64,000 nucleotides of DNA. Origin: a virus. The notes beneath the pieces were generated by a model that searched no databases, had not been told where the DNA came from, and saw nothing but the letters and a program-made list of their open reading frames with translations. The position numbers and the translations under genes were made by a program. Each line of letters opens with the position of its first letter. Positions within the stretch are counted from its first letter, which is position 1. Shown one piece after another: positions 39,746-50,037 of the stretch. The stretch is taken from the IMG/VR virus record IMGVR_UViG_3300008108_000011, positions 32,001-96,000 of that record; one strand, given 5' to 3'.

Positions 39746-40260
39746 CTGAAATACTGTGTTATGATAATTTTTTTGAACAAAATGAATTCAAAAAAATACT
39801 TGAATATGTGGGCAGACCTTGTTGGGGATTTGGTCATGGAACATTTGATGAATCACATCCTCAATATAAGAATAGCATTCCTTTTTGGGGTATGAATTTA
39901 GATGGAGAAGAGTATTTTACTAATTTTCTTCTAAATAAGATACAGGATAAAACTCAAACGAGATTTAAACTGCTGACAGTGTATGCTAATGGGCATACTT
40001 TTGGAACAAAAGGATCGTTTCACCAAGATTGGTATGACTATAGTGGGAGAACATTTCTTTTATATGCAAATACTGATTGGAATGTAGAATGGGGTGGAAA
40101 CACGGTTTTTGATTTGGGAAACGAAGAATATCAATTCTCTGTTCCTAAACCAAATACTGCTCTTTTATTCCCTGGTGTTATACCACATTATGCAGATGCC
40201 ACTACCAGATTGTATACTGGTTTAAGAATAACAATAGCTTGGAAGTTACTTTTGGAGTAA
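39742..40260 (+). CDS. 2OG-Fe(II) oxygenase
   Basis: YANGHT..FHQD..WNVEWGGNTVF..PKPNTALLFPGVIPH..LRITIAWK. Confidence 0.8.
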   Translation: MTEILCYDNFFEQNEFKKILEYVGRPCWGFGHGTFDESHPQYKNSIPFWGMNLDGEEYFTNFLLNKIQDKTQTRFKLLTVYANGHTFGTKGSFHQDWYDYSGRTFLLYANTDWNVEWGGNTVFDLGNEEYQFSVPKPNTALLFPGVIPHYADATTRLYTGLRITIAWKLLLE

Positions 40261-40261
40261 A

Positions 40262-40603
40262 ATGAAACAGGATTACGAAGTATTATACTTTCAAAATTTC
40301 ATAGAAGAATCTGTAAAATCTTTAGGTAAACCTGCAATTTACCTCAGATCTTATGGGTGGAACAACAGCACAGACATTCAGAAAATCAATGATTCAATGG
40401 ATGTTTATAGATCCATGCTTCCAGTTGACATGTTTAATGCACTTCATGATTCTGAATTTGTTTTTCTTTTACTAGAAGATATGGAGGAAGCAATTCAATT
40501 TTGTGAAGATACATTTCCAAAAGATCAAGCAAGTTGTGAGAAAGAATTTTATATTCATTGCTCGATAATCAACGAGCAGGGTCAAACGATATATTCAAAT
40601 TAA
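40262..40603 (+). CDS. Hypothetical protein, 113 aa
   Basis: ORF tiled within the operon. Confidence 0.65.
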   Translation: MKQDYEVLYFQNFIEESVKSLGKPAIYLRSYGWNNSTDIQKINDSMDVYRSMLPVDMFNALHDSEFVFLLLEDMEEAIQFCEDTFPKDQASCEKEFYIHCSIINEQGQTIYSN

Positions 40604-40604
40604 T

Positions 40605-41483
40605 ATGTTTTCAGCAGAATTCACTACTTTTCACAAGTATAATTTGAGAACAAAAGAGAAAGTATCTACGGTTTCTATTATGCCGTATGATTACACTTCT
40701 TTGTATGACCCTCAGTATCTACCAGAATTGTCTGAAAAATCTTTTGATGTATTGAAGTCTTATTGTGCATATAGATTTCTTCATACAGCCTATCCTTTGT
40801 ATGATGATGCAAAATTAGTTAAAATTGAACACTGTGATGATAATATATTAAAATATGAAATAGTAAATTCTTTTCCTTACCATTTAATTTATACTGATAC
40901 TAGAAATTGGAATCATTTTGTTTCTAGTATTCAGTGTGAAGAAATGAGATCATGTAAAAAATACATTGACAGAATGACTGACATAACTGATATTGGTGTC
41001 ACTTATTTAACATCGGTAGAATATGATGAAAATTGTAATTTTTCTTATGTGAATATATTTGATTCTGATTACAATTTAGTCGGATACGATGATAATATAT
41101 CACTTCATTCGATGAATAATTATTGCAAATCTTTTGGTGGAACTAACTTGAAACCAGTGGGAGTGATTGGTTTTTCTCCATCTGGTAATATAAAATTTAA
41201 TCTTAAACTTAATTACTATGATGGTGTCTATAGGTATGAAAAACTGTCACCCCTTCCTTCTAAAATAGAAAATACTAGTAAGTCTTCGCAAAGAGAACAA
41301 CAAATCAGTCAAATGGTTGCACATGGATTATTGGAACCAGAAGATCTTGATTTTATAGATTCTATTTCTACGGATGAAACACGCTGCGATTTCGAATATT
41401 TCCTGAACGAAGATGGTTCTATAAAAGAAATTTATGTATACAACTGCGTTGTATATGAATTTAAAAACCTTTTGGGGGCTTGA
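40605..41483 (+). CDS. Hypothetical protein, 292 aa
   Basis: Long AT-rich ORF; no motif recognised. Confidence 0.65.
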   Translation: MFSAEFTTFHKYNLRTKEKVSTVSIMPYDYTSLYDPQYLPELSEKSFDVLKSYCAYRFLHTAYPLYDDAKLVKIEHCDDNILKYEIVNSFPYHLIYTDTRNWNHFVSSIQCEEMRSCKKYIDRMTDITDIGVTYLTSVEYDENCNFSYVNIFDSDYNLVGYDDNISLHSMNNYCKSFGGTNLKPVGVIGFSPSGNIKFNLKLNYYDGVYRYEKLSPLPSKIENTSKSSQREQQISQMVAHGLLEPEDLDFIDSISTDETRCDFEYFLNEDGSIKEIYVYNCVVYEFKNLLGA

Positions 41484-41509
41484 CAAGCGGTTGACATCCG
41501 TGCTACAGT
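41480..41509 (+). promoter_or_regulatory. sigma70-type promoter
   Basis: TTGACA(41480)-18 nt-TACAGT with extended TG, upstream of the nuclease/methyltransferase unit. Confidence 0.55.
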
Positions 41510-41533
41510 AGCAGAGCACTGAACAAGACACCC

Positions 41534-41767
41534 ATGAAAGGCATCATCGATTACGGTGACGACGGCGTAGTTCCGATGATTGATTCGGATGACGTTGAGA
41601 ATGTCGTAGAAACCATTCTTGAGTATGTAGAGAATCGCTTTGAACTTCTTCACAAAGAAGGAGGTCGTGATCGTGACATCTTTGCTCTCGTTGAAGAGTT
41701 CCAAGAGTGGGGAGCTGCTGAGCAAGGCGACGAAATTTCTTACTTTACTTGCCCTACTTTTGGTTGA
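41534..41767 (+). CDS. Small acidic hypothetical protein, 77 aa
   Basis: First ORF after the promoter; D/E-rich. Confidence 0.65.
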   Translation: MKGIIDYGDDGVVPMIDSDDVENVVETILEYVENRFELLHKEGGRDRDIFALVEEFQEWGAAEQGDEISYFTCPTFG

Positions 41768-41772
41768 TTATC

Positions 41773-42258
41773 ATGCTTTGGAACATTGACGCTCAAAAAG
41801 TTGCTGACGGTTACGGTATTAGTCTGGATGATTTTATTGACACCGTAAACGGTAGCGGCACATCACCAATTACAGAAGTAGCAGTTGCTAACATTCTTGG
41901 TGGTCAACGTGTCGTTGGTAAACAACTTCCTTACGATGTGATTGCCAAGGAACGTATTAATCAATTGGTAGAAGTTCGTAATATTTGCAAGACACAATAT
42001 GTTTATTTTTCGCCCTCTACCGCTACTGGTAAAGGTCGTTTTTACGATGAAAATGACTACCAAAAGAAATTGAGTTCGATTGATTCTTATGTCTTCTGTG
42101 ATCTTCGTGCTCGCTTCACTGAACCTCCTAAGTTCTATGAAATTCCAGTTGACAAAGTAGTAGAATTGACGGATAATGGAACAATCAAAGATGGTAAAGT
42201 AACGGTCAAGCAATTCTTTGATCTCTTCCCCTACGAACAATACGCTCTCAAACCCTGA
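41773..42258 (+). CDS. Putative PD-(D/E)XK-like endonuclease, 161 aa
   Basis: LPYDVIAKERINQLVEVR resembles a D..ExK/R catalytic pattern. Stop codon is 1 nt before the methyltransferase start. Confidence 0.4.
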   Translation: MLWNIDAQKVADGYGISLDDFIDTVNGSGTSPITEVAVANILGGQRVVGKQLPYDVIAKERINQLVEVRNICKTQYVYFSPSTATGKGRFYDENDYQKKLSSIDSYVFCDLRARFTEPPKFYEIPVDKVVELTDNGTIKDGKVTVKQFFDLFPYEQYALKP

Positions 42259-42259
42259 T

Positions 42260-43201
42260 ATGAAAACAAACATCATTCACGTTGGAGACAACATCACCAA
42301 TCTGAAGAATCTTCCTGATTCTTCTGTGGATTTGTGTGTCACTTCGCCACCTTATTATAACCTGCGTGACTATCAGAATGCAGGTCAAATTGGTGTGGAA
42401 AATACTGTGAGTGAGTATGTAGAGAATCTTTGCAAAGTATTTGATGAGATCTATCGTGTATTGAAACCGACTGGATCGTGTTGGGTCAATATTGCTGATA
42501 CATACGATAAGAAGCGTTTGCTTCAGGTTCCTAGTCGTTTTGAGATTGCCATGTGTGATCGTGGATGGCAGCTCAGAAATGAAATTATTTGGAACAAACC
42601 TAATCCACAACCAATCTCTTCGAAGGATCGTTTCTGGTCTAATCATGAGAAGTTCTTTTGGTTTGTGAAGGATGTGAAAAAATACTATTTTGATCGAGAT
42701 CCTATTCTTGTGCCACAAGCAGAGATTAGTATTCGACGCATGTTCTCTAAGAACAATGTAGATAAGCGTAAGGATGCTAATGCATCTGAAAAGGAAGGAT
42801 TTGCGATTTCATCCGTGAGTCAGGATAAGCATTATGCCCGTATGCGAGAAGAGATGGGTATCTCCAAAGATTTTGATTATGAGGCATTGATTGCTGCTGG
42901 CAAGTGCCCCATGCGACCAGAATTCAGCGTCTGGGAGGTCGCTAGCACCACCTACAAGGGCGCTCACTTCGCTGTCTACCCTCCCGATCTGATCGCCAAA
43001 CCTGTTCTCTCGTGCTGCCCCTTAGACGGCGTTGTGGTCGATCCTTTTATGGGGTCTGGAACCACGGGTGAAGTGGCAAAAGCAAATCAGCGTAAGTATA
43101 TTGGGTTTGAACTGAATCCAGAATATGCTAAACTGGCGGAGCAACGTATCGCGTCGGTCTCGGGGGCTTCTCTGGGGAAATTCCTTGACACGGTTGCCTG
43201 A
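42260..43201 (+). CDS. Site-specific DNA methyltransferase, beta class, probably N4-cytosine
   Basis: Motif IV VTSPPYY near the N-terminus and motif I DPFMGSGTTG near the C-terminus (beta order). Confidence 0.9.
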   Translation: MKTNIIHVGDNITNLKNLPDSSVDLCVTSPPYYNLRDYQNAGQIGVENTVSEYVENLCKVFDEIYRVLKPTGSCWVNIADTYDKKRLLQVPSRFEIAMCDRGWQLRNEIIWNKPNPQPISSKDRFWSNHEKFFWFVKDVKKYYFDRDPILVPQAEISIRRMFSKNNVDKRKDANASEKEGFAISSVSQDKHYARMREEMGISKDFDYEALIAAGKCPMRPEFSVWEVASTTYKGAHFAVYPPDLIAKPVLSCCPLDGVVVDPFMGSGTTGEVAKANQRKYIGFELNPEYAKLAEQRIASVSGASLGKFLDTVA

Positions 43202-43213
43202 AACCTATATAAT
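43185..43213 (+). promoter_or_regulatory. Perfect sigma70 promoter
   Basis: TTGACA-17 nt-TATAAT. Confidence 0.85.
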
Positions 43214-43233
43214 GGTGGAAACGCGACGGATCG

Positions 43234-43359
43234 ATGACCACGCCCAACTGGCAGCACCACTCTAAGAAAGAGCAGAAGCGCACCCTGAAACCACAGGCGA
43301 TGCGTCAAGCAAAAGCTCGCAAGCAAGCACTTAAGCGTCAACTGGAGGTAATCAAATGA
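43234..43359 (+). CDS. Small basic protein, 41 aa
   Basis: Hand translation MTTPNWQHHSKKEQKRTLKPQAMRQAKARKQALKRQLEVIK; first ORF after the promoter, with an ATGA overlap to the next. Confidence 0.6.
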   Translation: MTTPNWQHHSKKEQKRTLKPQAMRQAKARKQALKRQLEVIK

Positions 43360-43934
43360 CTCATTATGATCAACTGATTGATTCTATCATTGATGAAATT
43401 TATTATGTGTGGACAGAATGCTCCAGTTGGAATGAAGATGATCAAGAAACTGCAAAAGAAGCAGCACACCGTATTCTTCAACACGTAGAAGAGTTTCAAT
43501 CTGTTCGCACTAAACTTGGACAATGGAGAGCAAGTGACTAATGGCATTATCTAAACAAGTAGAAGAATCACTAGACGAAGCACAATCATCATTGCGTAAT
43601 GCACTTGCATATGCAGCACGAAATGAACGTGCTGTAGTTAATCAAGGTATTGCAGATTTGATGTGTAGCATTGAAAAACTAAAATCTGTAGACCAACTGT
43701 TTGATACCCTTGATAAGTGGAAAGATGAGTCTTCTAAAAATCAATAAATCATCTCTGGTCGAAGAACCAGTAAAAACGACACCAGAAAATGTTAGGGAAG
43801 CAAACGAAGGATTGTTTCATGCTAAAATGACACTTCCTGCTGCAGCAAAGCATTGTGGTATGACTAAAAAAGAGATGAAACTTACATTTTTTGAATATTT
43901 GAAGTATCATCCTCCTACTTATGAACTATCGTGA
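43356..43934 (+). other. Three small hypothetical CDSs (43356-43541, 43541-43747, 43725-43934)
   Basis: Tightly tiled + strand ORFs with coupled start/stop codons. Confidence 0.6.
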
Positions 43935-44457
43935 AGTAGCAGAACTAATAGCAAATCAAAATATCGTTGCTATTTTTCAAGGAAAGTGTGAAGCTGGTCC
44001 TAGAGCATTAGGAAATAGATCTATTTTATATGATCCCAGAGATCCTAATGCTCAGAAAAGAATCAATAGAATAAAAAAGAGAGAATGGTATCGACCTTTT
44101 GCCGCTACCGTTCTCTTTGAGTATGCACATGAATGGTTTGAAATGTATTCTTTACAGGATTCCAAATTCATGATGTATGCTACAAAAGCAAAACAACATG
44201 TTATTGATCTTATTCCAGGAGTTCTACATGTAGACAATACTTGTAGAATACAAACGATCACAGAAGAAGAAAATTATCATTATTATCACATTATACAGCA
44301 ATTTTATAATATAACCAATATTCCATTATTATTTAATACTTCTTTTAATTTAGCTGGAGAAGTGATAGTATATACTGAAGAAGACGCTATTTCTACTCTT
44401 GAAAGATCAGAAATAGATTATGTCTATTTTCCAGAAAAGTCATTATGTATATCTTAG
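43921..44457 (+). CDS. Carbamoyltransferase C-terminal domain (CmcH/NodU family)
   Basis: FQGKCEAGPRALGNRSIL, KKREWYRPFA, HVDNTCRIQT, LLFNTSFNLAGE. Confidence 0.9.
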   Translation: MNYREVAELIANQNIVAIFQGKCEAGPRALGNRSILYDPRDPNAQKRINRIKKREWYRPFAATVLFEYAHEWFEMYSLQDSKFMMYATKAKQHVIDLIPGVLHVDNTCRIQTITEEENYHYYHIIQQFYNITNIPLLFNTSFNLAGEVIVYTEEDAISTLERSEIDYVYFPEKSLCIS

Positions 44458-45434
44458 CAGTAAATATATCACATCATGCGTCAGTTTGTTTATTGCATGA
44501 TGGTGATATTATTTTCTTCTTAGAAGAAGAACGTGTTTCTAAGATAAAACACCATCCTGTTGGGGTATCACATAATTTAAAATGCTTAGAACTAATTCCT
44601 GTGAAGCATGTAGATTATTTGGTAATATGCTCAGCTTCAAAAGATAATTATATTCACAACTCTTCTGTGGTAAAACAGATATTAAATTTTCCACATTCAA
44701 ATTACGTTGAATATTCAGATCATCATCTATTTCATGCAGCAAGTGCTTTTTATAATTCTGGATTTGATGATGCTGTTTGTTTAGTTGTTGATGGTGGTGG
44801 ATGGGAAATAAAAAAATTCTATTCAGAAATAGAAAGTTTATATAGTTGTTCATATAACAATTTTGAACCATTGTATAAGCATTATTCCACTAAAAATATA
44901 ACAACCAATCATTCTTATTTGTATAAAAACGCATATATGTCTGATAGTTTAGGATCTGGTAATTTATTTCGTAGATTTACAAAACTTTTAGGTCTCGGAT
45001 ATGAATCTGGTAAACTTATGGGTATGTCTACTTATGGTTCCAATGCATATGCAGATGATTGGTTTTATTATGATGATACTATTTGTTTGTGGAGAACAAA
45101 CAATAGTATAATCAATCAAAAATTTATTAAAAAATATAGTTCGTTTACATCGAAAGCAAATTTAGCACATAAGATTCAACTTGAAACAAAATATCATACT
45201 ATAAAACTTTTAGAGAAAGCTTTTTTACATAATGATAAAGTTGTTTTGTCTGGTGGTTATTTTCAAAATTGCGTAAACAACTACGAATATGTAAAATATT
45301 TTCCATCTAAACAATTTTTTATTGATCCGATTTGTCATGATGGTGGAACTTCCATTGGCGCAGCAAAATATTTGTGGCATCACTTGACAAATGACAAAAC
45401 CTCTCGTAAACTAAAAACTCTTTATTTGGGATGA
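44445..45434 (+). CDS. Carbamoyltransferase N-terminal (Kae1-like) domain (CmcH/NodU family)
   Basis: HHASVCL..EEERVSKIKH, HHLFHAASAFY.SGF, VVDGGG, GKLMGMSTYG, LSGGYFQNC, DGGTSIGAA. Confidence 0.9.
   Translation: MYILAVNISHHASVCLLHDGDIIFFLEEERVSKIKHHPVGVSHNLKCLELIPVKHVDYLVICSASKDNYIHNSSVVKQILNFPHSNYVEYSDHHLFHAASAFYNSGFDDAVCLVVDGGGWEIKKFYSEIESLYSCSYNNFEPLYKHYSTKNITTNHSYLYKNAYMSDSLGSGNLFRRFTKLLGLGYESGKLMGMSTYGSNAYADDWFYYDDTICLWRTNNSIINQKFIKKYSSFTSKANLAHKIQLETKYHTIKLLEKAFLHNDKVVLSGGYFQNCVNNYEYVKYFPSKQFFIDPICHDGGTSIGAAKYLWHHLTNDKTSRKLKTLYLG
45384..45412 (+). promoter_or_regulatory. sigma70-type promoter
   Basis: TTGACA-17 nt-TAAACT inside the 3' end of the carbamoyltransferase-N gene. Confidence 0.6.
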
Positions 45435-47060
45435 TAGACTACGGTAACGAAAAACTCAATCAAATATTTCAAGATACATGGCCAAACTTAGGATGGGCAA
45501 AAAAAGACATGGATATCAAATTTGCTGGTAATTACCCAGGACCACTATATGCACCTCACCCTGATATTAAGAAAATGACACACGAAGAAATGCTTGAAGA
45601 AGCAGAGCGTCGTGAGAAGAGCAATCGTGTTCTTCAACGATATAATGACTATTACAACATGGAATGTGCTGGTTTACCTCACGGAACGCCAATCACACCA
45701 GAGCATCAACAAATTATTACTCTACAATCTATGATTGATGCTATTCGTTGTGAGTATCTTAATCGTGAATATAATGACATTGCCATTTCTGATATTGAAG
45801 ATTTGATTCAACGACTTGATGAGCAGGCAACAGCATTTCTTAAAAGAGTGAAAGAGTTTAAAGATAGTGCGGATGGTGTAGCATGAGTAGATTCACTAAA
45901 AATCCAGACGAGATTGTGCTGGAAGATATTAAAATGTTTCATTATGAAACGATGGAGGAAGGTCGTGCTGTGTGGATTGGCATCTATACTAACGACGGTA
46001 AAATCTACCACATGAATATCGGTGGTGACAATCTTTATGTGAATTATTCCGATGAGACTTGTTAAACAAACACAGTGGGAAGATTTCCTTGAGGGATATC
46101 ACAACTTCATGTATGCTTGGGATAGCTATGACACCCCAGAATTCTGGGAAGCATTGTGCTATGGATGGTATGACGAATATATCTATCCATACGATGATCC
46201 ATTTGTTATACACATCCCTTCACCACAGCGTAAACTGAGGTTAGCAGAATGAAACTCTTTGATTACTACCACTACGAAGATTACGGGCACGAATGGTATT
46301 TCCAACTGCTTGGGTGGTATCCACATTTCGCATTGATGGATGTTGTTATTCAGTGGGATGAGTTTCCTGCCACTGAAATATTCCCAATGCTGCTGATTAG
46401 CTTCGGTAGTCGCTCACTCACAGGATTCTCATTCCGCTGGAAGTGGTTTGAGATTCGCTGTGATTTTCTCACATCTGCACCACGCAACTATGACAAATAC
46501 CATCGTTATGGAGAATCATATCAATGACTAACCCACTGATTGAAAAATACGAAGAAATCTACGGCGAGAAGAAAGAGGAAGTCGTAGAAGAAAAAAATCC
46601 GCCTCTATCTATCAAAGAGATGAAAGAAAGATACACATCATCTGGCCTGCTTGGAGGTATGGGAGATGATATTCTCTCTTTTGGTGGTGCTAATAGTATT
46701 ACATCCATCCCACCTAACACCAATCCAGGATTAACTATCAATGGTGGGTCAGAAATCATGGATAGTGGAGCATTTGTCATTCCTGCTGCTACTGTAAACA
46801 ATGGTGCCATAACTATGGATGGCAGCTATATCAGACCAAACGCATTGATTAGCAATGGCACAACTGTATCAGCACATACACCAAATACATTCATGTTGCC
46901 ACAAAACACACAGATGGATAAGCATCTGTGTAAGGTGATGGATGATTTAGCAAAAGGAAAAGCAGTGTTATCTGCTATCTCAGCAGACGTTGACACATCA
47001 TTTACTGGATTCGGCGGTCAGATAAGATATACTATTGAGATTGTTGGCAGGTATCCATGA
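45431..47060 (+). other. Five hypothetical CDSs (45431-45886, 45883-46065, 46052-46252, 46249-46527, 46524-47060)
   Basis: Tiled + strand ORFs with short start/stop overlaps; no family recognised. Confidence 0.6.
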
Positions 47061-47117
47061 ACCCGTCTGATAAGGATAAGTTATACATCACATTATTTTT
47101 ACTAATGCTCTTCCTAC

Positions 47118-47147
47118 TTGACATGGGCGTGGTTGCTGGTGTATTAT
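47118..47147 (+). promoter_or_regulatory. sigma70-type promoter
   Basis: TTGACA-18 nt-TATTAT in an intergenic gap. Confidence 0.6.
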
Positions 47148-47193
47148 TACATGGTAAAGCAAACTTCCCCGAACTCATCAATCATCTGCGATC

Positions 47194-48420
47194 ATGAGGA
47201 AAGTCACTGTAAAACCCAAATCTAGCAAGGCAAAGAATCGTCTTGCTAACATCATGGAAGGCAATCCTGTTTGTATTGTAGAACAGGATACTGGTGGTGA
47301 GTTATTCTTAGCATCAGAGAATCGCAAATACTTTATGTGGGTTAGCACCCGCACTGGCACAAATCGTTTTGGTGACAAATCTGACGCACATTGGGAGGTG
47401 ATTGAATGAACTACCTTTGTCTTGTTGATGGTGTTGTTGAGTTTGGTAGCACCAGTTTGAGTGACTTTGCTCACTATCAACTGGTGTATGCTGAAGAGCA
47501 CCAAGGTGCTGATGTAGAGTATCTTACTCTCACTGATGAAGAGTATGCTAATCTGTTTCTTGTGGAGGATGAAGAATGAAACCTAAGTTCCGTGTTATTT
47601 TAGAACAAGCAATCGAAGAAGGTGTGCGTCGTGGTTGGCATCAGGCACACAAACATGTAGAGAATCCTTTACCAAGTGCCGTTATGGAGCGCATTGACGA
47701 TGCTGTAATGTCTGCAATCTACGAATACTTTACTTTTGACGAGGAAGACTACCAATGACCTACGATCAACTCTACAAGCACATTACTCATTATGTTGCTC
47801 AACCATTGGATGATAAACGTAAAGCATGTTTGATTCTAGGTGCATTTATGGAGTTTATTCTTGACTGCCAAGAAGAAGGTGTTGATGCAAATACTATTGA
47901 TGTGACTTATTTTATTCACGAAAAACTTGATGAAATTGAGGCAGTAAAATGAGCGGCGGACACTTTGGAGATTGTGGTTACGATTACTACAAGGTAGCAC
48001 AGTTTGCTGATGAGTTGGAAGTAGAGATTGAGAATAATGGTAAGGCGAGGTATGAAGATCGCACTTATGGTTATGAATGGTATCCCAACCATGACCCTGA
48101 TGTGATTGATGTTTTACGAGAGCAAATCCCTAAACTGCGTAAGATGGCAACGATTATGAGAGACATTGATTATCTTTACAGTGGTGATATTGGTGATGAC
48201 ACTTTCCTGCTGCGTATGAAAGAAACGGAGGCTAAATATGACTTCTAAAGTAAAGTTTGTTTATGTGACCCGCACGATTGACCCAAAGACACGCATTCAT
48301 TACTTGGATGCGATTGACGAGAATGGTCAACACTGGATGGCAGAAATGTCACACAAAGAAGAGCCATGGTTGTGCTTCACTGATGTGTGGAAGAAAGATG
48401 TGCAGGTGCCTTATGATTGA
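47194..48420 (+). other. Six small hypothetical CDSs (47194-47409, 47406-47579, 47576-47758, 47755-47952, 47949-48248, 48238-48420)
   Basis: Chain of short ORFs, mostly coupled by ATGA overlaps. Confidence 0.6.
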
Positions 48421-48727
48421 AACTTTGATTGCTGGTCTTACTTGTGGACTTGCTACATATTATGGAGTCGGAGATGGATTTCATGGACAAAAAACCGCTA
48501 ATGGTGAACGGTTTGATGCTTATCGTTGGACTGCAGCTCATCCTTATCTGCCTATGGGTAGCAAAATACGGGTGACGAATCAAGACAATGGCAAACAAGT
48601 AATTGTTAGAGTAAATGATCGTGGCCCTTATTCTCATGCTGATTTGGATCTCTCTTATGCTGCTTTTGCTCACATTCAACCTGCGCGTAAAGGTAACGCT
48701 ACCGTCTGCTGGAGAGTAGTAGGGTGA
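48413..48727 (+). CDS. rlpA: RlpA-like double-psi beta-barrel lytic transglycosylase, 104 aa
   Basis: ATYYG..FHGQKTANGERFD..TAAH..LPMGSKIRVTN..NGKQVIVRVNDRGPY..LDLSYAAF. Confidence 0.9.
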   Translation: MIETLIAGLTCGLATYYGVGDGFHGQKTANGERFDAYRWTAAHPYLPMGSKIRVTNQDNGKQVIVRVNDRGPYSHADLDLSYAAFAHIQPARKGNATVCWRVVG

Positions 48728-48747
48728 CTGGAGTTGCAGCATGGGTC

Positions 48748-48776
48748 TTGACAATGTGCTTGGAGGGTAATATACT
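48748..48776 (+). promoter_or_regulatory. sigma70 promoter
   Basis: TTGACA-17 nt-TATACT. Confidence 0.8.
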
Positions 48777-48857
48777 GTGTGTGCGTGGTCAGGTTCCTCC
48801 CACTAAATATTACGAACCTGGCAAATCCTGTTACATTGAAGGAGTCTTTTACGAATC

Positions 48858-49232
48858 ATGCCCAAAGCGAAACTGATTGCTATTCTTTCTCTCTTTATTG
48901 CTTCTCCTGCATTCGCACAACAACAAATTTATCGCCCATTTCGTTATGAAACTCCTTGCCTCTTAGAGCAGGGTATTCAAACCTATCCTGATACATGTGT
49001 TGTGATTGAGACTCGTGAAAAAGGTGGGGCACTTCGCACTCGTAATATCTTTTCTAATAAGCATGGTCTGACTATTAAAGGTCGCTTTGACAAAGAAAAA
49101 GGTTATATGACTTGGGATAGTCACAACAAGTTTGAATATGAGTGGGAATATAAAGTTGGTGGCAATAATGATCTCGGTGCATGGACTTATGTGATGCCTG
49201 GTTTCCTTGTTCAAAACGTTAGCTGGGATTGA
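48858..49232 (+). CDS. Hypothetical exported protein, 124 aa
   Basis: N-terminal signal peptide (KLIAILSLFIASPAFA|QQ); GAAGGAG RBS upstream. Confidence 0.65.
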   Translation: MPKAKLIAILSLFIASPAFAQQQIYRPFRYETPCLLEQGIQTYPDTCVVIETREKGGALRTRNIFSNKHGLTIKGRFDKEKGYMTWDSHNKFEYEWEYKVGGNNDLGAWTYVMPGFLVQNVSWD

Positions 49233-49233
49233 G

Positions 49234-50037
49234 ATGATTGATTTCAATGACATAAAAAAAATATTTTCTGAATCCGAATGGGATATCGCTTATCTTTCTG
49301 AAGAAAATTTAAAAAGATCTTCTAGTGCTCCAATAAAAGTTAAATTGCATGTATTTGGTCATGATATGACCAATGCTATTCATGCCACGTCACCAAATGG
49401 TATTATATTAGCAAAATATTCTACAGAATCAAATGATTATTCTTTATATACAGAATCTTATGACAAATTACTGAATCTTTTTAGTAAGGAAGATTTTGTT
49501 CCTGCTTATGTTAATTTTAAGGAAGCTGCAATACTATCTGGTTTTGGAGCAAGAGCTAAAAATTCATTAGTTTACAATAGAAAATTTGGTTTTCAATGTA
49601 AATTTTGTGTCTATATTTTTAGAGATAAAATAACAAATCATGAAATATTAAAACCACAACGGCAAACTTTAGATTTGTGTGAAGAGTGTGAGGATTGTAT
49701 TATAAATTGCCCTGTGAACGCTATTCATGAAGATTGGGTTGATGCTGAAAAATGTGATAATTTTATTGGATATGGAAATGATCCAAATATTTCTTCTTTG
49801 AAATGGTTTTGGTATGAAAAAATGAATCCTAAAAATGTTTCTAAAGAACAAATATATCAATGGGATTCACATGCGAAATATGGAAAAAATATTCTTTGGG
49901 GGAATGGTCTAGATGGTTTCTATGAATTAACAATCGAAGGATTGATGAAAGATGGTAAATCGGTGAAGATACCTCATTGCAGAAAATGTCAAGAACAACC
50001 AAAATGTAGTAAAGCTCCCTTCATCAATGAACAATAA
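49234..50037 (+). CDS. QueG/epoxyqueuosine-reductase-like 4Fe-4S protein
   Basis: FKEAAILSGFGARAKNSLVYNRKFG matches the QueG-family pattern. Cluster motifs CEECEDCIINCP..AEKC..CRKCQEQPKC. Confidence 0.65.
   Translation: MIDFNDIKKIFSESEWDIAYLSEENLKRSSSAPIKVKLHVFGHDMTNAIHATSPNGIILAKYSTESNDYSLYTESYDKLLNLFSKEDFVPAYVNFKEAAILSGFGARAKNSLVYNRKFGFQCKFCVYIFRDKITNHEILKPQRQTLDLCEECEDCIINCPVNAIHEDWVDAEKCDNFIGYGNDPNISSLKWFWYEKMNPKNVSKEQIYQWDSHAKYGKNILWGNGLDGFYELTIEGLMKDGKSVKIPHCRKCQEQPKCSKAPFINEQ

Noticed and set aside
49234-50037. 7-deazaguanine DNA-modification (dpd) cluster
   Set aside because: No folE, queC, queD, queE or dpdA-like gene is visible, and a QueG-like gene alone does not support it.
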